A stretch of DNA of 59,690 nucleotides, from positions 1 to 59,690 of the forward strand of contig CAJPRR010000001.1 of NCBI GenBank assembly GCA_905373085.1, given 5' to 3'. Positions 18,254 through 27,953 of this stretch are shown piece after piece. Position 1 is the first letter of the stretch. Every line of letters begins with the position of its first letter. A model generated the notes under the pieces. That model ran no database searches and was not told the origin of the DNA. It saw only the letters and a list, made by a program, of their open reading frames with translations. The translations under genes and the position numbers were made by a program. This DNA comes from an uncultured Selenomonas sp. Lineage in GTDB: Bacteria > Bacillota > Negativicutes > Selenomonadales > Selenomonadaceae.

Positions 18254-18428
18254 GAGCCGCATCCTGCTGGACATTTCCAAGCGATTCATATACAATAGGA
18301 TGTGCGATGTTTTCACATCGCAGGCTGCGGCGAAAGACCTGCAGGGGCTTCTGACGCGGCTTGGTGCAGGTATATATGGACTGTACCTGCACGTGGCAGG
18401 CATAGAATTCAAATGAGGAGAGATATTT

Positions 18429-18791
18429 ATGGCAAGCAGAGTTTTAGTGGTGGATGATGCGGCGTTCATGCGAATGATGGTCAAGGACATCTTGTCCAAG
18501 AACGGCTACGAGATCGTCGGCGAGGCGGAAAATGGCATGAAGGCCTTGGAGAAGTATCAGGAGCTCAAGCCCGACCTCGTGACGATGGATATCACGATGC
18601 CCGAGATGGACGGCATCAGTGCGGTCAAGGAAATCAAGAAGGTCGATCCGAACGCGAAGGTCGTCATGTGCAGCGCCATGGGGCAGCAGGCGATGGTCAT
18701 CGAGGCGATCCAAGCGGGCGCGCGCGACTTCATCGTCAAGCCGTTCCAAGCCGATCGCGTCCTTGAGGCCGTGCGCAAAGCGCTTGGCTGA
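18429..18791 (+). CDS. cheY: chemotaxis response regulator CheY
   Basis: VVDDAAFMR, MDITMPEMDG, FIVKPF. Confidence 0.97.
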   Translation: MASRVLVVDDAAFMRMMVKDILSKNGYEIVGEAENGMKALEKYQELKPDLVTMDITMPEMDGISAVKEIKKVDPNAKVVMCSAMGQQAMVIEAIQAGARDFIVKPFQADRVLEAVRKALG

Positions 18792-19345
18792 TGTTGGGAA
18801 GAAAGGGTTCTGCCCTTTGCCTCCTCGTCTGGGCGTCCTTGACGCTTTTTCTTCCGTCCGTTGGCTTGGCTGCGGACGGAGGGGGATACCTTGCCGGTTA
18901 TGAGAACCAAGATCCGATGCCAAATGGTACGCCTGGCGTTTCCTGGTGGTCGACCATCGCCTATGTCGCGAGTCTTGTCGTCGTCTTCCTCTTCGTGGCA
19001 GGCCTTGCCTATTACGTTTCAAAGATCTTGGGCGGGCGTTTCGGCCGTGCCGTATCGGGCGGCGGGCGCGTGCTGGAGAACCTGCCGCTTGGCCCCGGCC
19101 GTTCGGCGTGCATCGTCGAATTGGCGGGAAGGCTTCTGCTTCTCGGCGTGACGGAGCACTCCATCACGCTCCTTGGGGAAATCGAGGATCCGGCGGAAGC
19201 GGAGCAGATATTGAAGAGGAATCTGGAGGGACGCTCTCAGGACTCGTTTCCTGGCATGAGCGGATTCGAGAGCCAGATCGGCTCGCTTGATCGGCTCGCG
19301 AAGAGGATTCCGACGATATTCAAGAATGATGCATTTCGGAAGTAG
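18791..19345 (+). CDS. fliO: flagellar biosynthesis protein FliO/FliZ
   Basis: TM helix followed by VLENLPLGPGRSACIVELAGRLLLLGVTEHSITLL. Confidence 0.9.
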   Translation: MLGRKGSALCLLVWASLTLFLPSVGLAADGGGYLAGYENQDPMPNGTPGVSWWSTIAYVASLVVVFLFVAGLAYYVSKILGGRFGRAVSGGGRVLENLPLGPGRSACIVELAGRLLLLGVTEHSITLLGEIEDPAEAEQILKRNLEGRSQDSFPGMSGFESQIGSLDRLAKRIPTIFKNDAFRK

Positions 19346-19360
19346 AGGAGTTGTGAAGCG

Positions 19361-20119
19361 TTGATGGAGAAGCGGCCGATTTTGCTGGGAAGCCTCCTTT
19401 TCTTTTCCTTGCTGCTCATCGCGCAGGAAACTCTTGCGGCGCCGCTGGTTCCGAATCTCAGCGTCAATGTCGGCGAGGCGACGAATCCGCAGGATGTTGC
19501 GACGTCGCTTCAAGTGCTGGCTCTCCTGACGATCCTCTCGCTCGTGCCGTCAATCTTGGTCATGACGACGTCGTTCGTGCGCATCGTTGTCGTCATTGGC
19601 TTTTTGCGAAATGCCATGTCGACGCAGAACGTGCCGCCAAACCAGGTGGTGCTGGCGCTTTCCCTCTTTTTGACGTTCTATATCATGCAGCCGTATTGGA
19701 GCGAGGCGAACCAGCAGGGGATCCAGCCGTACCTCGCGGGGCAGATCACGCAGGAGCAGGCGATTGACAACACGCTCGCGCCTTTACGCGAGTTCATGTT
19801 CCGCCAGACGCGTGAGTCGGATCTTGCGCTCTTCGTCAATCTTTCCGATGCCGAGAGGCCCGAGTCGCAGGCAGACGTCTCCACGGCGACCTTGATACCG
19901 GCGTTCGTCATCAGCGAGCTTAAGACGGCCTTCCAGATCGGCTTCATGATCTACATTCCGTTCATCGTCATTGATATGATCGTGGCGAGCACGCTGATGT
20001 CGATGGGCATGATGATGCTGCCGCCGGTCATGATCTCCCTGCCGTTCAAGATACTGCTCTTCGTCATGGTCGATGGCTGGCATCTTCTGATCAAGTCGCT
20101 CATCGTGAGCTTTAAGTAG
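19361..20119 (+). CDS. fliP: flagellar export gate protein FliP
   Basis: MTTSFVRI, PPNQV, PAFVISELKTAFQIGF, MGMMMLPP. Confidence 0.97.
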   Translation: MMEKRPILLGSLLFFSLLLIAQETLAAPLVPNLSVNVGEATNPQDVATSLQVLALLTILSLVPSILVMTTSFVRIVVVIGFLRNAMSTQNVPPNQVVLALSLFLTFYIMQPYWSEANQQGIQPYLAGQITQEQAIDNTLAPLREFMFRQTRESDLALFVNLSDAERPESQADVSTATLIPAFVISELKTAFQIGFMIYIPFIVIDMIVASTLMSMGMMMLPPVMISLPFKILLFVMVDGWHLLIKSLIVSFK

Positions 20120-20130
20120 GAGGGAAGCGG

Positions 20131-20400
20131 ATGTCCGGCGATCTCGTCATACAGATCGGGCAGAACGCCCTTTGGATCGTGCTCTTGGTGTCCGCGCCGA
20201 TGCTCGGCCTCGGCTTGGCCGTCGGCCTCCTCGTGAGCGTCTTTCAGGCGACCACATCCATTCAGGAAGCCACGCTTGCCTTCATTCCGAAGATCATCGC
20301 GGTCTTTGTCGCCATCTTGATCTTCGGCCCGTGGATGCTCAGCATCCTCGTGGAATATTTCACGAACGTCTTCGTGAATTTGCCGCTCTATATCGGATAG
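20131..20400 (+). CDS. fliQ: flagellar export gate protein FliQ
   Basis: FQATTSIQEATLAFIPK, GPWM. Confidence 0.97.
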   Translation: MSGDLVIQIGQNALWIVLLVSAPMLGLGLAVGLLVSVFQATTSIQEATLAFIPKIIAVFVAILIFGPWMLSILVEYFTNVFVNLPLYIG

Positions 20401-20416
20401 CGAGGAGAGATGCGCC

Positions 20417-21199
20417 GTGGATTTCTACACCTTGCTCCAAGGGCATGCGGCAGTCTATCTGCTCCTTTTGACGCGCGTTACGGGGCTTTTCGTCATCGCG
20501 CCTTTTTTCGGCAGCTTGAACATTCCTGTCCGCATCCGCGTGGGGGTTGCCGTTGCGTTTTCCTTCGTGCTGTTCCCCGTTGTGGACGGCTACGGCCCTG
20601 TGACAGCGCCGGACAATGTCCTCCTCTATGCAGCGGCAGCGGCAGGAGAGCTTTTTGTCGGCTGGCTGATCGGCTTCGTGGCATACGCGACGTTTTCGGC
20701 CATTCATTTCGCCGGCAAGGTCATGGATATGCAGGTTGGATTCGCTATGGTCAATGTGATGGACCCGACTTCCGGTCAGCAAATTCCGCTTATCGGAAGT
20801 TTTCTTTATAATTTGGCGATCATCGTCTTCCTTGTCGTCAATGGACATCACATGCTCATTGCGGCGCTCTTCGAAAGCTTTCGGAACGTGCCGCTCTTGG
20901 GCGTTTCGCCCGCTCCGACACTCGCGGGATTCGGTGTCAATCTCGTCAACGGCGTCTTCGTGACGGGCATGAAGCTGGCGATGCCCGTGACGTTCTCCAT
21001 TCTGCTGACGAACGTCGGTCTCGGCATTTTGGCGCGCACGATGCCGCAGCTCAATATCTTCGTCGTCGGTTTGCCGCTTCAAATTGTCATCGGCATGTTC
21101 GTCCTTTCGATCCTCATGCCGTTCTACGTCTTGTTTCTGGATGTGTTGTTCAATGAAACGTATGCACAGATCGCTGCAGCCCTCCATGCAATACGATAA
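20417..21199 (+). CDS. fliR: flagellar export gate protein FliR
   Basis: DMQVGF..DP, NGHHMLI, ARTMPQLNIFVVGLP. Confidence 0.96.
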   Translation: MDFYTLLQGHAAVYLLLLTRVTGLFVIAPFFGSLNIPVRIRVGVAVAFSFVLFPVVDGYGPVTAPDNVLLYAAAAAGELFVGWLIGFVAYATFSAIHFAGKVMDMQVGFAMVNVMDPTSGQQIPLIGSFLYNLAIIVFLVVNGHHMLIAALFESFRNVPLLGVSPAPTLAGFGVNLVNGVFVTGMKLAMPVTFSILLTNVGLGILARTMPQLNIFVVGLPLQIVIGMFVLSILMPFYVLFLDVLFNETYAQIAAALHAIR

Positions 21200-22286
21200 G
21201 GAGCCGTTTGCGTTCGTCTTCGACCTCCAGCTCTTTGCGGGAGAGAAGACGGAAGAACCGACGGCGAAGCGACGCAGCGATGCGCGTCAAAAGGGGCAGG
21301 TCGCGAGGAGTCAGGAACTCAGCGGCGCTTTCGTGCTGCTGGCGGGCTTCTTCGTGATGCGTGCGCTCGGCAGTACGATCCTCTCGGAGATTGAGACGTA
21401 CACGGTTCACATCTACGCGAACATGAATCAGACGATTGATGCGGAAACGGTCATGCACCTCATCATCGACGGCATGATCGTTCTGGCGAAGACGGCGTTC
21501 CCCGTGATGATCGCCATCCTCATCATGGGGCTTGCCGTCAATTTCTATCAAGTGGGCTTCATGTTCACGACGGAGCCGCTCTCTTTCAAGCTCGACAAGC
21601 TCAATCCCATCACGGGCTTCGGACGCATCTTTTCCAAGCGTTCCGTCGTGGAGCTTTTGAAATCGCTCTTGAAGATCGCGATCATCGGTGCATTTCTCTA
21701 TATATATCTGTCCGGAGAGATCATGCACATGCCGGAGTTCATCTATCTCGATCTCAAGAGCAGCGTGGCGCGCATGGGCGACATCATCTTTTCGCTCGTG
21801 TTCCAGATCATCATCGTCTACTTCATCATGGCGGCAGCGGATTTCGCCTATCAGAAATGGCAGACGACGCAAGATCTCAAGATGAGCAAGCAGGACGTCA
21901 AGGAAGAGTTCAAGCAGACGGAAGGCGATCCGCAGATCAAGGGCAAGATTCGCCAGAAGCAGCAGCAGATGGCGATGAACCGCATGATGAAGGAAGTGCC
22001 GGAAGCCGACGTCATCGTGACGAACCCGACGCATTACGCCGTCGCCTTGAAGTACAAGACGGGCATGAAGGCGCCGGAAGTCGTTGCCAAGGGTCAGGAT
22101 ATCGTCGCGCAGAAGATCAAGGATATCGCGAGAGAGCACCGCGTGACGATCGTGGAGAACAAGCCCCTGGCGCGGGCGCTCTATGCGGCGGTGGACGTCG
22201 GAGGCATTGTGCCGCCCGAACTTTACCAGGCGGTCGCAGAGGTGCTCGCTTACGTCTACCGCTTGAAGAAGAAAAAGTTTGCTTGA
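21186..22286 (+). CDS. flhB: flagellar export switch protein FlhB
   Basis: EKTEEPTAKR, EGDPQIK, NPTH autocleavage site. Start taken as ATG 21186. Confidence 0.96.
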   Translation: MQYDKEPFAFVFDLQLFAGEKTEEPTAKRRSDARQKGQVARSQELSGAFVLLAGFFVMRALGSTILSEIETYTVHIYANMNQTIDAETVMHLIIDGMIVLAKTAFPVMIAILIMGLAVNFYQVGFMFTTEPLSFKLDKLNPITGFGRIFSKRSVVELLKSLLKIAIIGAFLYIYLSGEIMHMPEFIYLDLKSSVARMGDIIFSLVFQIIIVYFIMAAADFAYQKWQTTQDLKMSKQDVKEEFKQTEGDPQIKGKIRQKQQQMAMNRMMKEVPEADVIVTNPTHYAVALKYKTGMKAPEVVAKGQDIVAQKIKDIAREHRVTIVENKPLARALYAAVDVGGIVPPELYQAVAEVLAYVYRLKKKKFA

Positions 22287-22333
22287 TGATAAGTTTCGAC
22301 GAAGTTTCCCGGGGATAGAGGAGCAAGAACAGC

Positions 22334-24406
22334 ATGGCGACAGAAAATCCAACGCTTTCCAATGGCTTCATAACGAAATACAGCGACATCTTCATAGCTG
22401 TGGCAATCGTCACGATCGTCATCATGATGATCATCCCGCTGCCCACGGCTCTTCTTGATTTGTTGATCTGCGTGAACATCACGCTCGCGCTCGTCATCGT
22501 CATGGTGACGATCTACAATGTGGAAGCCTTGGATTTTTCCGTATTCCCGTCGCTGCTCCTCGTGACGACGCTCTTTCGGCTCGCGCTCAACATATCGGCG
22601 ACGAGGCTGATCTTGCTGAACGGCTATGCGGGCGACGTCATCATGGCGTTCGGCAACTTCGTCGTCGGCGGCAGTCCGCTCGTCGGCTTCATCATTTTCG
22701 TCATCCTCGTCATCATCCAGTTCATCGTCATCACGAAGGGCGCGGAGCGCGTCGCGGAAGTGTCGGCGCGCTTCACGCTCGACGCGATGCCGGGCAAGCA
22801 GATGGCGATCGACGCCGACTTGAACCAGGGCGCCATCACGGACGCCGAGGCGAGCAAGCGGCGCCTGAAGATCCAGCAGGAAGCTGACTTCTACGGCGCG
22901 ATGGACGGCGCCTCGAAGTTCGTCAAGGGCGACGCCATCGCCGCTATCGTCATCATCATTATCAACATCACGGGCGGCTTCGTCATCGGCATGCTGACTC
23001 GCAACATGACGGCTCTGCAGGCGCTGCAGAGCTACACGCTGCTGACCGTCGGCGAAGGACTCGTCAGCCAGATTCCCGCGCTGATGATCTCGACGGCGAC
23101 GGGCATCCTCGTCACGCGCTCGGCGTCCTCGAAGGGGAATCTCGGACTCGATGTGGCGCTGCAGCTTTTCAATCGCAGCCGCATCTTCTACATCGTCAGC
23201 GGCGTTCTGCTGTTCCTCGCCATCGTTCCCGGCATGCCGGGCGCTCCTCTCGGTGCGCTTTCCGTCCTGTGCTTCATCGCGGCGCGTCGCCTCAAAGGCT
23301 CGGAGAAGGCGGTCGAGGAAGTTCCTGAGCAGAAGAAGGCGGAAAAGGCGAAGGCGGACGCCACGAAGCCCGAGAACATCGTCAACTTGCTGCAGGTCGA
23401 CCCGATGGAGCTTGAGATCGGCTACAGCCTCATACCGCTCGTCGATACGGGGCAGGGCGGCGACCTTCTGGAGCGCATCGTCATGATCCGACGGCAGTGC
23501 GCGTTGGAGCTCGGTCTCGTCGTGCCGACGATTCGCATACGCGACAACATACAGATCAAGCCAAACAACTACATCATCAAGCTCAAGGGCATCGAGACGG
23601 CGCGCGGCGAGCTCATGCTCGATCACTACCTCGCGATGAATTCGGGCACGGTGTTCGAGGAGGTGCCGGGCATCGAGACGACGGAACCGGCCTTCGGACT
23701 CCCCGCGCTGTGGATCGCCGAAGATCAGCGCGAGCAGGCGGAGCTCAACGGCTACACGGTCGTCGACGCCGTATCCGTGCTCGCGACGCATCTGACGGAA
23801 GTCATCAAGATGCATGCGGCAGAGATCCTCGGACGTCAGGAGACGCAGAACCTCCTCGACAATCTGAAGAAGACGAATCCGGCTCTCGTCGACGAGGTCG
23901 TTCCCGAGGTTCTCGTCGTCGGCGAGGTGCAGAAAGTCCTCGCAAACCTCTTGGCGGAGCGCGTCTCCATACGCGACATGGAAACGATTCTCGAAGTGCT
24001 CTCCGACTACGGGCGCGCGACGAAGGACACGGACATCCTTACCGAGTATGTGCGCCATGCGCTTGCGCGGCAGATCTCGCAGCAGTACGTGCAGAACAAT
24101 GTGCTGCCGTGCATCACGCTCGATCCTGCCTTGGAGAACAAGATTGCAGGTGCGGTGCAGCGAACGGAGCATGGCTCCTATGTCAGCCTCGATCCCGATA
24201 CGATGCAGCGGCTTCTGGCTTCGCTCAACGCGGAGCTGCCGAAGCTCACGAACATGGGCTACGAACCGATCGTGCTCACAAGCCCCGCTGTGCGCACTTA
24301 CTTCCGCCAGCTCGTCGAGCGCTCCGTGCAGGGACTCGTCGTGCTCTCACATGCGGAGATCGAGCAGACGGTCGAACTTCAGATTCTTGGGACGGTGAGA
24401 ATTTAA
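22334..24406 (+). CDS. flhA: flagellar export protein FlhA
   Basis: FHIPEP motif RVAEVSARFTLDAMPGKQMAIDADL, FYGAMDGASKFVKGD. Confidence 0.98.
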   Translation: MATENPTLSNGFITKYSDIFIAVAIVTIVIMMIIPLPTALLDLLICVNITLALVIVMVTIYNVEALDFSVFPSLLLVTTLFRLALNISATRLILLNGYAGDVIMAFGNFVVGGSPLVGFIIFVILVIIQFIVITKGAERVAEVSARFTLDAMPGKQMAIDADLNQGAITDAEASKRRLKIQQEADFYGAMDGASKFVKGDAIAAIVIIIINITGGFVIGMLTRNMTALQALQSYTLLTVGEGLVSQIPALMISTATGILVTRSASSKGNLGLDVALQLFNRSRIFYIVSGVLLFLAIVPGMPGAPLGALSVLCFIAARRLKGSEKAVEEVPEQKKAEKAKADATKPENIVNLLQVDPMELEIGYSLIPLVDTGQGGDLLERIVMIRRQCALELGLVVPTIRIRDNIQIKPNNYIIKLKGIETARGELMLDHYLAMNSGTVFEEVPGIETTEPAFGLPALWIAEDQREQAELNGYTVVDAVSVLATHLTEVIKMHAAEILGRQETQNLLDNLKKTNPALVDEVVPEVLVVGEVQKVLANLLAERVSIRDMETILEVLSDYGRATKDTDILTEYVRHALARQISQQYVQNNVLPCITLDPALENKIAGAVQRTEHGSYVSLDPDTMQRLLASLNAELPKLTNMGYEPIVLTSPAVRTYFRQLVERSVQGLVVLSHAEIEQTVELQILGTVRI

Positions 24407-26116
24407 TTGCGCATCAAGGTGTTCCAGGCCGCCACGATGAAGGAGGCCATGGCTCAGGTGAAAGACGAGCTTGGCGACGACGCGGTGATCCTGCATACGA
24501 AAAAAATAAAGAAGGGCGGCATCCTTGGCTATGGCGCAAAAGAGATCTTTGAGGTGACGGCGGCTCTCGACGAGGTGACGCGCCGCCCGCCCAAGAAGCG
24601 CGCCGAACGTCTGCCGACGCTCGCCGAACTGCAGGCGGAGGAAGCGGGAGGAGGGCAGAAGCCGAAAAGCTCAGTGCCGCTGCCGCAAGGTCATGCATCT
24701 CCGATGCCGGCAGCGCCGTCCGCCCCTCCCGTCCGGCAGACCCCGGAGCAGCGGACGGCTGTCCCGCTTCCGGCAAGCCGCCCGGCTGCTGCTGCGCCGC
24801 AGTCGCTGCAGCCGGCTTCGTTGCCGCAGCAGCAGCGGCTCTCACAGAGTGCGGCAAGGAGCTACCGGACAGCGGGCACGGAAGCGGCGGTCGCTGCGGC
24901 CGAGCGCCAGGCGCATGCGCCTGCACCCGTCTCGTCCGCTGCTGTCTCGGCTGAATCGTTCGTTCCGTCCTTTCCTCAGGGGAACGCGCAGGAGGATTCC
25001 TTTCAGCCGCTCGTGCCGTCTGCCGGAGAAGCTCCTCCGAAATCGCCTGCACGCAAAGCGCGGCGCAGGAAGCCCGCGGCGCCGAAGCGAAGAAAAGCGT
25101 GCGCGGCGGAGGCGAAAGGAGCTGCCGGAGAAGAGACGGCAAGAGCGGCGTCCGCCTCGCGCAGGGCGAAGCGCGAGGCGGACGAGGCGGCTGTCTCGCC
25201 GCAGGAGAAACGGCAGAAGGCGGAGGTGCCGCCCGCCAAGAGCGAGGAAGAGCGCCAGCGCGAGACCATCGAGGAGCTGCAGAGCGAGCTTGCACAGATG
25301 AAGGCAATGCTCGTCCAAGTCGTCAGCAAGGAGAAGACGCCCGAGGACGAGATGTCCCTGCAGCAGGCGCTGAAGCAGCAGGAAGTCGAACCGGACATCA
25401 TCGACGACGTCGTGCTGCAGCTTCCTGCCGAAGCCATTCTGGCGGACAAGGACACGCCGCTTGCCTTGGAGGGACTGACGAAGTACCTTGCCGATAACGT
25501 GCAGATGGCGGACGGCCTCGAACTCAAGAGCCGCAAGCGAAAGATCGCGGCTCTTTTGGGACCGACGGGCGTCGGCAAGACGACGACGCTCGCGAAGATT
25601 GCCGCGCAGTGCGTTTTGGAAAAGGGCGTAAGCACGGCATTCATCACAGCGGACACATACCGCATATCGGCGGTCGAGCAGCTCAAGACGTATGCCGACA
25701 TCCTCGGGCTTCCCATCGCCATCGTCTATACGCCCGACGAGCTGAAGGAAGCCATACAGAAGTTCCGCCAGAAGCAGCTGATCCTCATTGATACGGCGGG
25801 ACGCAGCCAGCACAACCGCCGACAAATGGCGGAACTCAAGGAATTCCTTGCCGTCAACCAGAACATTGAGAAGTACCTCGTCCTCAGCGCCACGACGAAG
25901 AACGAGGATGCGAAAGACATCCTTGACAAGTTCTCCGGCTGCAAGCCCGACAAGGTGATCTTCACCAAGACGGATGAGACGAAGAGCCTCGGCATCATCT
26001 TGAACATCTTGCGCAGGAAGGAGATGCGGCTCTCCTATCTGACAAACGGACAGAGCGTTCCTGATGACATCGTGCCGGCAGAGGCCGGAAAGCTTGCGAA
26101 ACTTTTTTTGAGGTAG
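24407..26116 (+). CDS. flhF: SRP-family GTPase FlhF
   Basis: N-terminal AMAQVKDELGDDAVIL, GPTGVGKTT, DTYR, DTAG, TKTDE. Confidence 0.95.
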   Translation: MRIKVFQAATMKEAMAQVKDELGDDAVILHTKKIKKGGILGYGAKEIFEVTAALDEVTRRPPKKRAERLPTLAELQAEEAGGGQKPKSSVPLPQGHASPMPAAPSAPPVRQTPEQRTAVPLPASRPAAAAPQSLQPASLPQQQRLSQSAARSYRTAGTEAAVAAAERQAHAPAPVSSAAVSAESFVPSFPQGNAQEDSFQPLVPSAGEAPPKSPARKARRRKPAAPKRRKACAAEAKGAAGEETARAASASRRAKREADEAAVSPQEKRQKAEVPPAKSEEERQRETIEELQSELAQMKAMLVQVVSKEKTPEDEMSLQQALKQQEVEPDIIDDVVLQLPAEAILADKDTPLALEGLTKYLADNVQMADGLELKSRKRKIAALLGPTGVGKTTTLAKIAAQCVLEKGVSTAFITADTYRISAVEQLKTYADILGLPIAIVYTPDELKEAIQKFRQKQLILIDTAGRSQHNRRQMAELKEFLAVNQNIEKYLVLSATTKNEDAKDILDKFSGCKPDKVIFTKTDETKSLGIILNILRRKEMRLSYLTNGQSVPDDIVPAEAGKLAKLFLR

Positions 26117-26119
26117 ATT

Positions 26120-27049
26120 ATGCAGGATCAGGCAGCGAGCCTCCGAAAGCTCGTAGAAAACAAAAAGGACTCTGCCGCCAAGGAACTTGGCACAGACGCT
26201 GCCAAAGAGGCGGCTGCGCCGAGCACAGCGCGCCCTGTTCCGAAGGAGAGCGCACGCATCATCGCCGTCACGAGCGGCAAAGGCGGCGTCGGCAAATCGA
26301 ACCTGACCGTGAACCTCGCACTCGCCTTTCTTGCCGAGGGCAAGAAAGCGCTCGTCATTGACGCCGATCTCGGTATGGCGAATGTTGACGTCCTGCTGGG
26401 AACATCTTCAAAGTACAATCTTCTGAATCTCTTGGATGAAGACGTCATGCTCGACGATGTGATCCTGAAAGGCCCCTACGGGCTTCGCTACATTTCGGGC
26501 GGCTCGGGCATGGAACAGGCAGGCGAATTCACGCCCGCCGAGCGGGATGTGCTCGAAGAAAAGCTCACAGGCTGCGGAGAACGGGCAGATGTCATCCTTA
26601 TTGATACGGGCGCAGGCATCGGCAGGAACGTCCTCGATTTCATCCTGGCGGCGGACGAGGTGATCCTCGTGACAACGCCCGAGCCGACGGCCCTGACTGA
26701 CGCTTACGCCGTCATGAAGGCGTACAGCATGTATGCGGCGAAGCCGAACATGCGCCTCGTCGTCAATCGCGTTTACGACGAGGCGGAAAGCCTCGAAGTG
26801 GCGGAAAAGCTCAAAAAGACGGCGGAGCGATTCCTGCACATGGAAATACAATCCCTCGGAGCGATCTATGAGGATCGAAACATGATCCAGGCCGTGCGCC
26901 GGCAGAAGCCGATTCTTGAGGCGTATCCCGATTCGCTTGCGGCAAAGTGCATCAAGGCGGTCGCGCGCGCAATCCTCTACGGGGAGAAGGTCTTTGTAAA
27001 GAAAGGTTGGAAATCATTCCTGCAATATTTTCTTGATTTTACGCGATGA
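26120..27049 (+). CDS. flhG: MinD-like ATPase FlhG/FleN
   Basis: DQAASLR N-terminus, SGKGGVGKS, DADLGMAN, TTPEPTA. Confidence 0.94.
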   Translation: MQDQAASLRKLVENKKDSAAKELGTDAAKEAAAPSTARPVPKESARIIAVTSGKGGVGKSNLTVNLALAFLAEGKKALVIDADLGMANVDVLLGTSSKYNLLNLLDEDVMLDDVILKGPYGLRYISGGSGMEQAGEFTPAERDVLEEKLTGCGERADVILIDTGAGIGRNVLDFILAADEVILVTTPEPTALTDAYAVMKAYSMYAAKPNMRLVVNRVYDEAESLEVAEKLKKTAERFLHMEIQSLGAIYEDRNMIQAVRRQKPILEAYPDSLAAKCIKAVARAILYGEKVFVKKGWKSFLQYFLDFTR

Positions 27050-27066
27050 TGGGGAGGTGCTTTGCC

Positions 27067-27750
27067 ATGGCCGGCGATTTGATGAATGCGGCAACGGTGT
27101 TGAAAATTGGGCAGAGGGTTGAATTTTACCTGGAAGATGACGATATAAGATATACGAGCCGCATAGAGGACATCACTTCGGACAGATTGGTCGTCGCCAT
27201 GCCCGTGGATGAGAAGCGCCGCCCCATCATACCGGCGGCGGGCGAGCAGCTCTACGGTCTCGCCGTAGGAGAAAAGTGTCGCTATCGCTTCTTTTCCGTA
27301 TTCAAGGGCAAGGCGCGCGATCCGATTCCCGTCTGGATGATCACGAAGCCCGAAGTCGTCGAGCGTCATCAGAATCGCAGTTTCGTGCGCGCGGCGGTGC
27401 GCCTGCCGATCCAGGTGCGGATCATTGATACGGATGGGCGCGAGAGCGACCTCATGAAGCTTTACACCACGGATGTCAGCGGCGGCGGCGTTTCCTTCAT
27501 CGTGCCGCGTCACGTCCGAATCAACAGCCGCGCGTCGATCGTGTTCACGAACTTTCCCAATATCGGCACGCTGTCCGTCATGGCTCGCGTCGTGCGTTCG
27601 CTGCCGCTTGAGCCGAGCGATCGCGGGTGGCAGCTCGGGGCGCACTTCCTCGAGCTTGACCGGGGAACGATGAACAAGATCGTCCACTTTGTCTTCTGCG
27701 AACTGCGCCGCCAGCTCACATTGCACCCGGACAGTCCCGGTCAGAAATGA
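27067..27750 (+). CDS. YcgR/PilZ-domain c-di-GMP-binding flagellar brake-like protein
   Basis: RxxxR motif (QNRSFVR) and DxSxxG motif (DVSGGG). GGGGAGG RBS. Confidence 0.9.
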   Translation: MAGDLMNAATVLKIGQRVEFYLEDDDIRYTSRIEDITSDRLVVAMPVDEKRRPIIPAAGEQLYGLAVGEKCRYRFFSVFKGKARDPIPVWMITKPEVVERHQNRSFVRAAVRLPIQVRIIDTDGRESDLMKLYTTDVSGGGVSFIVPRHVRINSRASIVFTNFPNIGTLSVMARVVRSLPLEPSDRGWQLGAHFLELDRGTMNKIVHFVFCELRRQLTLHPDSPGQK

Positions 27751-27953
27751 AAGCAGGATTTTTGGCGGTGACGGCGAAGAAGAAGAATATTAAAGAATGA
27801 TGCAAGTGATTCGCGATTCGCGTTCTGCCTGGCTGGCACCAAGGCTCTTGGCGAAGGTTGCGGAGCAAACTGACAGGCTGCTGTGCCTCTTGCGGAAACA
27901 ATGCAAGGAGCAGGACGTCCGGAGGCGGCAGAAATCAAACAGGGGGATTTGAA

